This document shows positions 10,230 to 20,918 of a DNA stretch of 64,000 bases, one piece after another. A model generated the notes under the pieces. The model was not told where the DNA came from. It searched no databases and saw only the letters and a list, made by a program, of their open reading frames with translations. The first letter of the stretch is position 1; every line of letters begins with the position of its first letter. This DNA comes from Longimicrobiales bacterium (lineage in GTDB: Bacteria; Gemmatimonadota; Gemmatimonadetes; Longimicrobiales; Gaopeijiaceae), in assembly GCA_965238005.1 (NCBI GenBank), contig OZ250165.1, positions 928,001 through 992,000 of the forward strand, given 5' to 3'. Position numbers and translations under genes: made by a program.

Positions 10230-13200
10230 ATGAACCGATCGAGGAGCACAGGACTCATCCTCTTGGTCGCATATAGCGTTTGCTTTCACAGCGCTGCAAC
10301 CGCACAAGCACCCGACCGGGAGACGATCTCGAAGGCCGTGGCCGGCCTAGGGCTTCGGAGCATCGGGCCCGCGGTCATGGGCGGGCGCATCGCGGACATC
10401 GCCGTACACCCACGAAATCGCAGCACCTGGTACGTGGCCGCGGGATCGGGAGGACTGTGGAAGACGACGAATGCCGGCATCACCTGGACGCCGGTCTTCG
10501 ACGAACAGCCGTCATATTCGATCGGTGCGGTCACCGTCGATCCCAGCAACCCCGATGTCGTGTGGGTCGGAACCGGTGAGAACGTGAGCGGCCGCCATGT
10601 GGGTTGGGGAGACGGCGTGTATCGAAGCCGCGATGGAGGGCGTACCTGGCAGCGGATGGGGCTCGAGACATCGGAGCATATCGGAAAGATTCTGGTCGAC
10701 CCGCGCGATGGCGACGTGGTCTTCGTCGCGGCCGAGGGGCCGCTCTGGTCGGCAGGTGGTGAGCGCGGTCTCTACAAGACGACCGACGGAGGCGCTACGT
10801 GGACCGCAGTGGTCGAGATCGACGAGAACACCGGCGTTACTGATGTCGAGTTCGATCCCTCGAATCCCGACGTGTTGTACGCGGCCGCGTATCAACGGCG
10901 GCGTCACATATGGTCGCTCCTCGCCGGAGGCCCGGAGTCCGGCATCTACAAGTCCACCGATGGGGGCGAGAGTTGGCGGCGTATTGACGTGGGCCTACCG
11001 AAGGGCGACATGGGGAAGATCGGTCTCGCGGTGACCGCCGCGGACCCAGACGTGGTCTACGCCACCATCGAAGCAAACGACGAAGAGCGGGGCTTCTACC
11101 GATCTCTGGACAAGGGAGAGAGCTGGGAGCGTCGTAATTCCTACATCTCGGGTGGAACCGGTCCACACTACTACCAAGAGATCGAAGCCTCACCGCAAGA
11201 CCCCGGTCTCGTGTATCAGATGGATGTCTTTCTCCACGTCACGCGGGATGGAGGCGCGAGCTTCGACAACCTGGGCACGGGACGCGAAAAGCATAGCGAC
11301 AACCACGCGATGTGGATCGACCCGGACAACGGGAACCACCTCCTCGTGGGAACCGATGCCGGTCTCTCTGAGACGTTCGACGAGGGTACGAAATGGCGTC
11401 ATTTCCCGAACCTTCCCCTTTCCCAGTTCTACAAGCTCGCCCTCGATAACTCGGTACCGTTTTACAACGTGCTCGGTGGGGCGCAGGACGAGGGCACGCT
11501 GCTCGGACCAACGCGCACGATGAACGTGGAGGGGGTGCGCAACCGCGACTGGTACGCCCCCATGGGTGCTGACGGTTATGGCGTCGCCTTCGACCCGGAA
11601 GATCCGAACACGCTCTACCTGGAGACCCAGCAGGGGAACTTGTACCGGGTCGACCGGCGAAGCGAGGAGGCGCTGGACATTCAGCCCCAGCCCGCTCCCG
11701 GCGACCCGGCCGAGCGCTGGAATTGGGACGCACCGATCCTCGTGAGCCCGCACGCGGCGAGCCGGCTCTACTTCGGTTCGCAGCGGCTCTGGCGGAGCGA
11801 CGATCGGGGAAATTCGTGGACTCCGATCAGCGATGACCTCACGCGTAACCAAAACCGCTACGAGCTCGAGTTGATGGGACGCGTGTGGAGTGTGGACGCC
11901 CTCTACGACAACGGTGCGATGTCGAAGTACGCCACGATCACCGCCATCTCGGAATCGCCGGTCACCGAGGGTGTGCTCTATGTCGGCTCCGATGACGGAC
12001 TGATACACCTGAGCGAAGACGGAGGGCAGAGCTGGACCGCCGCCCAGAGTCTCCCCGCGGTTCCGGAGCTTTCCTTTATTAACGATGTCGAGGCCTCTCA
12101 GCACGAAGCCGGGACGGTCTTTGCCATCGCGGATGCGCACAAGACCGGCGACTTCAGCCCCTACGTCTTCGAGAGCGCTGACCGGGGTCGCACCTGGCGC
12201 TCGATCAGCGGCGATCTTCCCGCGGGCACCATCGTATGGGCCCTGCAGCAAGACCACGAGAACCCTGATCTGCTCTTCATCGCCGCGGAGTTCGGGCTCT
12301 ACTTCACACCGAATCGCAGAACGAACTGGTTCAAACTGAGCGGCGCCCCCACGATCGCGTTTCGTGACCTCGAGCTCCAACGGAGGGTTGGGGACCTGGT
12401 CGGCGCAACCTTCGGACGGGGGTTCTACGTTTTGGACGATTACTCGCCGCTCCGCGACATCGCGGCCGGAGCCCTAGCTGGGAGCTACCTCTTTCCCGTG
12501 CGCGATGTCTGGTGGTACGTCGCCAACGTTCCCATGCTAGCGCGAGGCAAGCCCACGCTCGGCAGCACCGACTATACGGCGCCCAATCCTCCGTTCGGAG
12601 CGACCTTCACGTACTACCTGAGTGAAGTCCCCTCGACAGAGCGTGAAGCACGTCGCACCACCGAGCGTGAGCGGCGCGAGCGGGGGGAAGACCTGTCGTT
12701 CCCCGGCTACGAGCGTCTCATGCGGGAGGCGATGGAGGGAAAGCCGCGCGTGCTCGTGATAGTGCGTGATGAGCAGGGAGAGCCCGTGCGCTGGGTCGAG
12801 GGACCAGCCGAAGTTGGATTACACCGTGTGAGTTGGGATCTCCGCGGGCCTCCCCCGGACCCGGTGGATCTGACTACGCCTGGGTTCGTGCCACCCTGGA
12901 TAGACGCACCGCAGGGCCCGCTCGTTGCGCCGGGGTCTTACGGAGCCGAGTTAACTCTCCTCACGAGTGCCGGCGTGCAGTCGCTCGGAACCCCTCGAGC
13001 GTTCGAGGTGAAACCCCTGCCCACTGCTCCTCCCGGCACGGACTTCAACATCGTGGTTGCGTTCCAACGCGAGGCCGGTGAGCTGATGCGACGCGTGGCC
13101 GGTGCCGGCGAAGAGATCGGACGGGTGCAGGACCAGCTCCGACACATGAGAGCGGCCTTGCTCGAGACGCCCCGCGCAGACCCGGCCCTCTTCGCTCGTC

Positions 13201-13505
13201 TCGACGCGCTCGGTGCGAGGTTGGACAACTTGCGCACCAGGCTCTCGGAAGACCGGGTTCGTGCGGGGCTCAACGAGACGAGCGTGCCCTCGATCAGCAA
13301 TCGCGTGGAGCGGGTCGTGAATGGGCATTGGAATACCCGGCAGACACCGACAGCGACGCACAGACGGAATCTCGAGATCGCCCGCGACGAGTTCGAGGAG
13401 CTACGCCGGGATCTGTCCGCCCTGATTGAAACTGACCTGTCGCAGCTGGAAGCGGAGCTCGAGGCGGCGGGGGCGCCGTGGACGCCGGGGCTGAGTCTTC
13501 AGTAG
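10230..13505 (+). CDS. VPS10/sortilin-like BNR-repeat glycosyl hydrolase-like protein
   Basis: RSIGPAVMGGRIADIAV, many SxDGGxTW Asp-box repeats, GAQDEG, GADG, ATFGRGFYVLDDYSPLR, C-terminal coiled coil. Confidence 0.88.
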   Translation: MNRSRSTGLILLVAYSVCFHSAATAQAPDRETISKAVAGLGLRSIGPAVMGGRIADIAVHPRNRSTWYVAAGSGGLWKTTNAGITWTPVFDEQPSYSIGAVTVDPSNPDVVWVGTGENVSGRHVGWGDGVYRSRDGGRTWQRMGLETSEHIGKILVDPRDGDVVFVAAEGPLWSAGGERGLYKTTDGGATWTAVVEIDENTGVTDVEFDPSNPDVLYAAAYQRRRHIWSLLAGGPESGIYKSTDGGESWRRIDVGLPKGDMGKIGLAVTAADPDVVYATIEANDEERGFYRSLDKGESWERRNSYISGGTGPHYYQEIEASPQDPGLVYQMDVFLHVTRDGGASFDNLGTGREKHSDNHAMWIDPDNGNHLLVGTDAGLSETFDEGTKWRHFPNLPLSQFYKLALDNSVPFYNVLGGAQDEGTLLGPTRTMNVEGVRNRDWYAPMGADGYGVAFDPEDPNTLYLETQQGNLYRVDRRSEEALDIQPQPAPGDPAERWNWDAPILVSPHAASRLYFGSQRLWRSDDRGNSWTPISDDLTRNQNRYELELMGRVWSVDALYDNGAMSKYATITAISESPVTEGVLYVGSDDGLIHLSEDGGQSWTAAQSLPAVPELSFINDVEASQHEAGTVFAIADAHKTGDFSPYVFESADRGRTWRSISGDLPAGTIVWALQQDHENPDLLFIAAEFGLYFTPNRRTNWFKLSGAPTIAFRDLELQRRVGDLVGATFGRGFYVLDDYSPLRDIAAGALAGSYLFPVRDVWWYVANVPMLARGKPTLGSTDYTAPNPPFGATFTYYLSEVPSTEREARRTTERERRERGEDLSFPGYERLMREAMEGKPRVLVIVRDEQGEPVRWVEGPAEVGLHRVSWDLRGPPPDPVDLTTPGFVPPWIDAPQGPLVAPGSYGAELTLLTSAGVQSLGTPRAFEVKPLPTAPPGTDFNIVVAFQREAGELMRRVAGAGEEIGRVQDQLRHMRAALLETPRADPALFARLDALGARLDNLRTRLSEDRVRAGLNETSVPSISNRVERVVNGHWNTRQTPTATHRRNLEIARDEFEELRRDLSALIETDLSQLEAELEAAGAPWTPGLSLQ

Positions 13506-13596
13506 GTGATCGAATCCGAGCTCGGTCTGGGGTGGGGCGCGGGTGGGGGTCAGGGGAGGAGGCCGGCTGGGAAGATCGAGTCTTTGACACCCGGCT

Positions 13597-13818
13597 TCAG
13601 GCATCTCCTTCGTGCACCCTCAAAGCCTGATCCAACAGCGCCTCGAGCTCCTCGTCGGTGAAGTTGTCCAGGTCCGTTTGGCGCTCCGCCAGCACGATAC
13701 GCTGTTCGGCGCCACAAGTGAAGACGAGAACGGACGAGCCCGCCTCCACCCGGGGTCCACGCCTCAGCACCCAGACCTTCCCATCCCTACGGTCGGTCCA
13801 ACTCCTGGTGCGTTCCAT
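13597..13818 (-). CDS. Small hypothetical protein (73 aa)
   Basis: Protein-like ORF MERTRSWTDRRDGKVW...FTDEELEALLDQAL; ATG directly after the upstream stop. Confidence 0.6.
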   Translation of the reverse strand: MERTRSWTDRRDGKVWVLRRGPRVEAGSSVLVFTCGAEQRIVLAERQTDLDNFTDEELEALLDQALRVHEGDA

Positions 13819-13822
13819 CTCA

Positions 13823-13936
13823 TCACTCCCGCGCCTCGTCCAGCAGCGCCTCGAGTTCGGTTTCGCTCAGTCCCTGCCTGACTGAGACGTTTGTGAGACC
13901 AACGACCTCCGAGTTGGCCAGATCCAGGATGTACAG
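13823..13936 (-). pseudogene. Remnant mini-ORF sharing the C-terminal motif of 13597..13818
   Basis: LYILDLANSEVVGLTNVSVRQGLSETELEALLDEARE*; nearest upstream ATG is out of frame. Confidence 0.4.
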
Positions 13937-13962
13937 TCACCCTCATTCCCTCTCCCTCTCGC

Positions 13963-16900
13963 TCAGGCCGATCCGGCGAAAGCAGGGGGATCGGCGCCCA
14001 CCTCAGTGAACTGCACGCGGGTCTTTTCCAGCTCCTTCGTGCACCCAAGCCATGCGAAGGTCGCATGGACTGTGCGGAGCTCTCGAAGCGCTCCCTCGTG
14101 GTCTCCGATTTCGGCAAGGCGCCCGGCGAATATTCGCCGAAGTCGCGTGGCGTCCCACCTCATCGGGATAGCGTCGAGCTCGTCTGCGGCGTGGCGGAGG
14201 AGAGCGGCACCCTGTTCGCTGTCGCCGTCCAGCCAGGCTATCAGGGCGTCGCAAGCATCCGCCCAGGCCAGCCCGAGTCGATGTCCCACCGGTGCCGACA
14301 GGGTTCGCAGCCGGTCTCTGATCTGCTTGGCCCGTCCCAGGTCGCGAGACTCTATGTAGGCCTCGCCGACGAGCGGGAGGAGCCGATGGATGCTCCACGT
14401 GCCATAGCCACTCCGATCAGCGATGGCCAAGCCAGCCTCCCCGACACGGATTGCCTTCTCCCATTCATCGACTGCGAGGTGATACGCCACCCGCCCTATG
14501 TGAGCCGGAACGACCGTGTGGACGTCCACGAACTGTCGTCGGCCTGCGGCCTTGCCCGCCTGCGACACCTCCCAAGCCTCATCGGTCAGCTCTTTGGCCC
14601 GCTCGATATCACCGCGGCCGATATAGATGAGGGAAAGCCATACCAGGAGTCGTGGCAGGAGCGTCCTCTGATGGAGAGAGCGAGCGAGATTTATTGCCGA
14701 CTCTCCATGCTTAATGCCGGCATCCCAATCTCCGAAGCAGTACGCGTGCTCGATGGCGAGCTCGGCCGTCCAAAGCCGTAGCACCGGTGAGCCGACCTTC
14801 TCGGCGATCACGCTCAATTCCTTTGTGCGATCTGCGATCTCCCGAGTGTTGCCTCTCATTCCCTCCATTACGCCTATCGCCCAGTGGCTCCAAAAGACAA
14901 CACCTGGATCGCCACACTCCTCCGCAAGGGGCAGTGCCTCGTCGCTGTGGTGCCTGACCTGGTCATAGGCCCCCTGCCACAGATGCAGGCGGGCCAATGA
15001 GCTGTGTGCGCGGGCGAGCAGGGGCACGTCGCCATGTTTCTTCGCGATCTGTAACGATTCCTCAGCGGCCTGACGTGCTTCGGATCCCTGTCCCGCCTGC
15101 TGGTAGCAGAGGCTCGATGCCAGGTCGATGCGAGCAATCATCAGCTCGGCGCCTGCCGATCGAGCCACCGCTAGCCCCTTCTGGAACGCCTCTTGCGCCT
15201 CCTCAAGCCGGTCAGCCCAGAAAAGGGATAGCCCCATCTGGCGATGGGTGCCGGCCACATTCGGCTTATCGCCCGTGGTCTCGGCGTCCGAAAGGGCCCG
15301 CCTCCAGAGCTTGATGCTCACTTCATAGTTCCCCAACCGTGTCTCGGCTCTGGCCAGGCTCCTGACGACGTCCGTCACGTGAACGCGCTCATCGATCTCC
15401 TCGCTAGTTGTTCCGGAGTGATGCTGGTCGATTCGGGAGAGAGCCTCCCACAGATGTTTTGCGGCCTCGCGGTTGGCGTGTCGCAATACGGCGTCTCGGC
15501 CGGCGAGGGCTAGATAGCGAACCGCCTTTGCGCCGGCGGAACCACCTCCGGCCCGTGCAAAGTGGTGGGCGAGCTCGGAGGCGTGACTATCCGCGCGACC
15601 CCCGTAGTGTCGCTCGAGCGCACTTGCCACATGGCCATGCGATGAGCGCCGTTTCGCCAGCGAGAGCTCGGAAAGAATCGTCTCTCTGATCAGCGGGTGA
15701 CTGAAGTCGTAAACAACGGACTGATCCACCTGGGCCTCAACCAAGATCTGGTGCTGCCGAAGATCGTCCAGAGCCTGCACGAGCTCGGCCTCCCCTAAAT
15801 CGCACACGGACCCTAGGACGTCGTGTGGAGCTCGGGTACCGAGTACCGATGCGTAGTCGGCTACTTCCCGGGCGCTCGGCGTCAGCCGCTCAACTCGGAG
15901 GAGCACGTCATCCCGCACTGTTCTCGGGAGCTGGAGTTGTTCAACGTCCCATCCACCCCACCGTTCGCCAGCCATGAACAGGTGCCCGTCCTCGATCAGG
16001 GTCCGGAGCGTGCCCTCGAGGAACAATGGGTTGCCGGCGGTCCAGGAAAAGAGCCTGGCGGCAAACTGGCGGACGGCCTGATCCTCCGTGTCGAAGGTTC
16101 CTCGGACGAGATCCTCCGTGTGTTGAGCGGTAAGGGGGCGGAGCTCCATCACCGTGGCCACATTGATTCTGACGAGCGACCGCTCTGCCGCTCGCAGGGA
16201 GCGGTGTCGCTCTGGCTGCGTATCGCTGTACTGACAGATGAGGAGGATCGAAGAGTCGGCCGTTTGGCGCGCGAGAAAGTGAAGACACTCGATCGACGTC
16301 TCGTCCGCCCACTGGAGATCCTCGAGGATGACAAGCAAAGGCTGATGCTCAGCGAGGCGCGAAAGAAGGGTAGCGAGGCGAGCAAAAAGTCGCGCCTCGA
16401 GTTCGGTCGGATCTGCGTACTGGAGGCTGGGATCCGAGGGGCGAGGTCCCAGGGTGGGAAAGAGGCTATAGAGGAGACTCTCATCCCCCATAAGTGTCGC
16501 TCGGAGTGAGGGGTCAATGCCACGAAGGATGGGGAGGAAGGCGTCTGAGAGTGGAGCGAATGAGATGGCTCGCTCCGCAGGGTACGCTCGACCGAGAGTA
16601 ATCAGCCAGCCCCTCTCGCGAGCGTGCTCCGCCACAGCCTCCGCGAGACGGGACTTGCCAACGCCGCGATCGCCGCTGATGAAGACCGCTCCGCCCCTTC
16701 CTGCCTCGACATCATCCAGGAGGGAGCGGAGCACTTCCATTTCCGCCTCGCGGCCTGTGAGAGGTAGTGGACGCGGGAGCACCCTGGCCTCTCGAACTCG
16801 GTGGACCGGTTGCTGTCGTATCCTGTCCAGATGGGCTTGCAGAGATCGTGGTAACGCGGGCTCCCTGACAGTGTCGGGCCCGGTGCCGTGCTCCGTCAGC

Positions 16901-17424
16901 TCAGTCGGTCGAGGGACTTCAATGCCCTCGGCGAGAATGGCGTAGATGTCGACGGCATCCGGGACGTTCTTCAACTCGTAGGAGCCCAGTCAAACGGCTG
17001 TCAGCTCCGGGTGGTTCCTGATCTCTTCGGCGATCTTCCCGGAGATCAGGATCCCACCAGGGATGGACAGGTCTTCGATTCGTGCAGCAATGTTGACTGC
17101 ATCGCCGTAGGCTCCCTGTTCGTCATAGGCGATATCACCCAGGTGAAGGCCGACACGAACAGGGAGCTTCGGGGGAGACTGGAGCTCACGTTGGATCTCG
17201 ATTGAAGCCGTTACGCCCTCAACTGCGCTCCGGAAGATGCTCAGGCTTCCGTCGCCGAAGTATTGGAGTAGCTCACCACCTAGCCTAGGAAGTGTCTTCT
17301 CCAGGACCTGGCGATGTCTTTTCCGTGCCGCCAAGCCAGCTTTCTCATCCTTCGCGATGAGTGCTGTGTAGCCGACCAAATCGGTGAACATTACGGCGGC
17401 GAGGTGCCGAGTGAGTTCCGTCAT
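13963..17424 (-). pseudogene. Class III adenylate/guanylate cyclase + STAND AAA ATPase + TPR-like protein, split by an in-frame TGA at 16990-16992
   Basis: FTDLVGYT, FGDG, YGDAVNIAARIE; Walker A GDRGVGKS, LEDLQWAD, GNPLFL; the two ORFs share one frame (HPELTAV*LGSYELKNV). Confidence 0.8.
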
Positions 17425-17976
17425 GAGTAGAAGAGGTCGTCGCTGGGCGAGACACTTTGATAACGGGACACTAGAACGCGAGCCCCGACCCGAAGTAGAG
17501 CGCCGAGCGTCCCTCGCTCCTCGCGATGGAGATCCGAAAGGTGGTCGAGCGGGTCACCGGGGCGATCCAGATCCCGCCCCCGAGGGAGTATGCCACTCGT
17601 CCGAAGGGAGACCGTCCGCGAACACGCGCCCTGCGTCCGCAAACCCCAAGATGCCGCATTCGGCGGGAAAGAAGAAGAAGAAATGCGCGAGGAAGAGCCT
17701 CAGCCCTGACCGCGAGCGTCGGGTTACCTCCGCTCGGCGACATTGGGTCTGATCCACCTCGTAGAAGCTGGACGATGCCGTTCGACTGGTTTCGTTTCCC
17801 AGCTCATAGAAGTCGGGACACTACGCCGGCGCTCAAGGGTGCGGCCTGGCGCTATCTCATGTTCAAGGTGAGGGCACCCCAGAACCCATGCAAGGGAATC
17901 CCCACCTCTGGCCCCCCCACCTTCGACGTTTGTAGCTTCCGATCGCTCTGAACAGGCTCGCGAATACGGAGAACCC

Positions 17977-19323
17977 ATGCGCTTGGTGATCGTAGTGGGC
18001 GGCGGTGAGGTCGGTTTCCACCTCGCCGAACGCCTGTCAGAAGAGACTCAGGACGTCGTGCTGATCGACTCCAGCGCCGAACGCGCCGAGGATGTCGGGA
18101 ATCGGCTCGACATCATGACGGTCGTCGGCAACGGGGCGTCCCTGTCCGCTCTCGAAGAGGCGGGGATAGGCAACGCCAAGATGCTCCTCGCGGTTACGAG
18201 CGTCGATGAAGTGAACCTCATCGCGAGCCTCGCCGCGCGGCGGCTCGGCGTCGAGTACATCGCCGCCCGCATCTCGAGCCCGGAGTACTATCAGCGCAGC
18301 GGTGTGCTCTCCGGCGACGCGCTCGGCATCGACCTCATGATCAACCCCGAGCGCGAGTGCGCCCGGGAGACAGTCGAGCTCATCAGCAGCGAGGTCGCGA
18401 CCGACGTCGCCTCCTTTGCGGGAGGGCGCGTGCGCTTGATCGGTCTCAAGGTCAGAGAGGGTGCGACCGTCGCGGGCAAGTCGTTGAAGCAGCTGGGCGC
18501 CGAGCTCCCTGACCATCATTACGTCACTGCCGCGATTCAGCGGGACAACCAGACCGTTATTCCAGGCGCCGATGATACGATCGAGGTGGGAGACCACATC
18601 TACCTGCTCTCCCCCGAGGGCGAGCTCGAGGACATTCCTAAGCTGGCCGGCTACGAGCCGTTCAAGCTCCAGCGAGCGATGATCGCCGGAGGCAGTCAGG
18701 AGGGCCTTCACATCGCGGAGTCGCTCGCGCAGAACGGCGTCGAGGCGACGATCATCGAGCGCGACCGCAAGCGTTGTCTCGAGCTCGCCGAGGCGCTGCC
18801 CAAGGCGCTCGTTCTGAACGGCGACGCCACCGACCTGGAGCTCCTGGAGATGGAGGGTGTGGCGGGCATGGATGCCTTCGTCGCGAGCACGGGCAACGAT
18901 GAGACGAATCTGCTGACCAGCCTGCTCGCCAAGACCGTTGGCGCCCGCAAGGTGGTGACGCTCATCGACGACTTTTCTTACCTGCAGCTGATTCCGCGCC
19001 TGGACATCGACGCATCGGTGTCACCGCGTCTATCCACCGTCAATGCGATCCTTCGGGACGTGCGCGGGGAGCGCATCACCAGCGTCGCGACGTTGAAGGG
19101 CATCGACGCCGAAGCGATCGAGTTCACTGTAGCGGCAGGATCGGAGATCGTCGGTACACAGTTGCGTGACGTCCACTTTCCGCACGGCAGCATCGTCGGA
19201 ATGCTGGTCCGTGGCGACCAGGTGATCGTGCCCCAGGGAGACACCGAATTCCGTGCTGGCGACATCGTGATCGTGCTCGCACTGCCGACCTGCATTCGCG
19301 ACATCGACAAGCTGTTTGCCTGA
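17977..19323 (+). CDS. trkA: Trk potassium uptake NAD-binding subunit
   Basis: VGGGEVG, two RCK_N/RCK_C pairs, DEVNL and DETNL; coupled to trkH. Confidence 0.95.
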   Translation: MRLVIVVGGGEVGFHLAERLSEETQDVVLIDSSAERAEDVGNRLDIMTVVGNGASLSALEEAGIGNAKMLLAVTSVDEVNLIASLAARRLGVEYIAARISSPEYYQRSGVLSGDALGIDLMINPERECARETVELISSEVATDVASFAGGRVRLIGLKVREGATVAGKSLKQLGAELPDHHYVTAAIQRDNQTVIPGADDTIEVGDHIYLLSPEGELEDIPKLAGYEPFKLQRAMIAGGSQEGLHIAESLAQNGVEATIIERDRKRCLELAEALPKALVLNGDATDLELLEMEGVAGMDAFVASTGNDETNLLTSLLAKTVGARKVVTLIDDFSYLQLIPRLDIDASVSPRLSTVNAILRDVRGERITSVATLKGIDAEAIEFTVAAGSEIVGTQLRDVHFPHGSIVGMLVRGDQVIVPQGDTEFRAGDIVIVLALPTCIRDIDKLFA

Positions 19324-20825
19324 TGTCCATCCGGCACCTCGTCAACATCGTCGGCCTGCTCCTCGTCTTCGTTTCGATATCGATGGTGGCCACCGGGCTG
19401 GGTGCCTTGTTCTACGAGGACGGAGCCGCCTTCGCGCTCTTCGCCTCCGCAGGCATCACGCTCGTGATAGGCTCCATCGCCTACAGCTTCACGAAGTTCG
19501 AGGGCGAGCTCACGGCCCGTGAGGGCTACGCGATCGTCACCTTCGCGTGGACTGCGATGGCGGTGTCCGGCGCTCTGCCCTACCTGATCTCCGGCACCGT
19601 TGACGGCATCGTGCCCGCGATCTTCGAAGCGATGTCCGGTTTCACGACGACCGGTGCCACCGTGTTCGCCGACGTGGAGGCGCTTCCGGAGGGCATCCTC
19701 TTGTGGCGCTCGGTCACGCACTGGCTGGGCGGCATGGGGATCATCGTGCTGGCCATCGCGATCCTGCCGTATATAGGCGTGGGTGGTATGCAGCTCTTTC
19801 GGGCCGAGGTGCCCGGACCCACCCCCGAGCGTCTACGACCCCGCATCACGCAAACCGCGAAGCTGCTCTGGGGTGTGTACGTGGGGCTCACGGGCGTGCA
19901 GATCGTGCTGTATCTGCTCGGCGGGATGTCACTGTTCGACGCCGTGAACCACGCGTTCGCGACCCTCGCTACCGGGGGCTTCTCGACCAAGAGCGCCTCG
20001 ATCGCCGGCTTCGATTCGGCCTACATCCACTACGTCACGATCATCTTCATGTACGTCGCCGGGGTGAACTTCGCGCTTCACTTCCGGGCCGCCGGAGGAC
20101 GCCTCGAGTACTTCAGGGATCAGGAGTGGCGGTTCTTCACCATGGTGATCGTGGGGGCCGGCCTCTTCCTCATGGTCAGCAACTTGATGGCCGGTACCTA
20201 CGAGCTCACCATGGGCGGGGTGGAGCGCGCGTTCCGTCACGGCATGTTCCAGTCGGTGGCGATAACGACCACGACCGGCTTCGTCTCCGCCGACTTCGAG
20301 ATGTGGGCCCCGGCGGCTCAGGGGCTGCTCGTCACGCTCATGTTCGTGGGCGGCATGGCCGGGTCGACGGGTGGTGGGATGAAGGCGGTCCGGGTGCTCG
20401 TGTTACTCAGGCACACGGCCAATGAGATCCGAAAGCATTTGCACCCGAGGGCGATCCTGATGGTCCGCGTCGGGAGACGCGCCGTGCGAGAGGACGTCCT
20501 GCTCAACATCCTCGGGTTCGTGAGCCTCTACGTGATCCTGGTGCTCTTCGGCGGCATGCTTCTGACCTTCTTCGGCATGGATATCCTCACCGCCGTGGGC
20601 GCCAGTGCCGCGTCGGTCGGAAACATCGGCCCTGGACTCGGTGCTGTGGGCGCGACGGACAACTACGGGTGGATCGCCGACCCGGGGCTGGCCGTGATCA
20701 CCTTCCTCATGCTGGTGGGTCGCCTGGAGATCTACACGGTGTTGCTGCTCTTCCACCCCGACACGTGGAAGCGACAGCACGCCCGGGGCCCGAGCGACGT
20801 ACAGGTCGTACGCCCCTGGAAGTAG
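19323..20825 (+). CDS. trkH: Trk potassium uptake membrane subunit
   Basis: [53 protein letters not shown]. Confidence 0.96.
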   Translation: MSIRHLVNIVGLLLVFVSISMVATGLGALFYEDGAAFALFASAGITLVIGSIAYSFTKFEGELTAREGYAIVTFAWTAMAVSGALPYLISGTVDGIVPAIFEAMSGFTTTGATVFADVEALPEGILLWRSVTHWLGGMGIIVLAIAILPYIGVGGMQLFRAEVPGPTPERLRPRITQTAKLLWGVYVGLTGVQIVLYLLGGMSLFDAVNHAFATLATGGFSTKSASIAGFDSAYIHYVTIIFMYVAGVNFALHFRAAGGRLEYFRDQEWRFFTMVIVGAGLFLMVSNLMAGTYELTMGGVERAFRHGMFQSVAITTTTGFVSADFEMWAPAAQGLLVTLMFVGGMAGSTGGGMKAVRVLVLLRHTANEIRKHLHPRAILMVRVGRRAVREDVLLNILGFVSLYVILVLFGGMLLTFFGMDILTAVGASAASVGNIGPGLGAVGATDNYGWIADPGLAVITFLMLVGRLEIYTVLLLFHPDTWKRQHARGPSDVQVVRPWK

Positions 20826-20918
20826 GTTATCCCTACCACTTGGGTACTCCGCCACGGAGCTCCGGCAGTGGAAGGTGGTGCGGCTCGAGAACGACTACAT
20901 CGAGGTCTTCGTGCTGCC

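Noticed and set aside
16990..16992. Selenocysteine recoding of the in-frame TGA
   Set aside because: It is not at a Cys or redox position, no convincing SECIS-like stem follows, and many other genes here end normally in TGA.
17425..17976. Several overlapping short ORFs between the cyclase and trkA
   Set aside because: No recognisable motif in any frame; I cannot tell a remnant from a promoter region.
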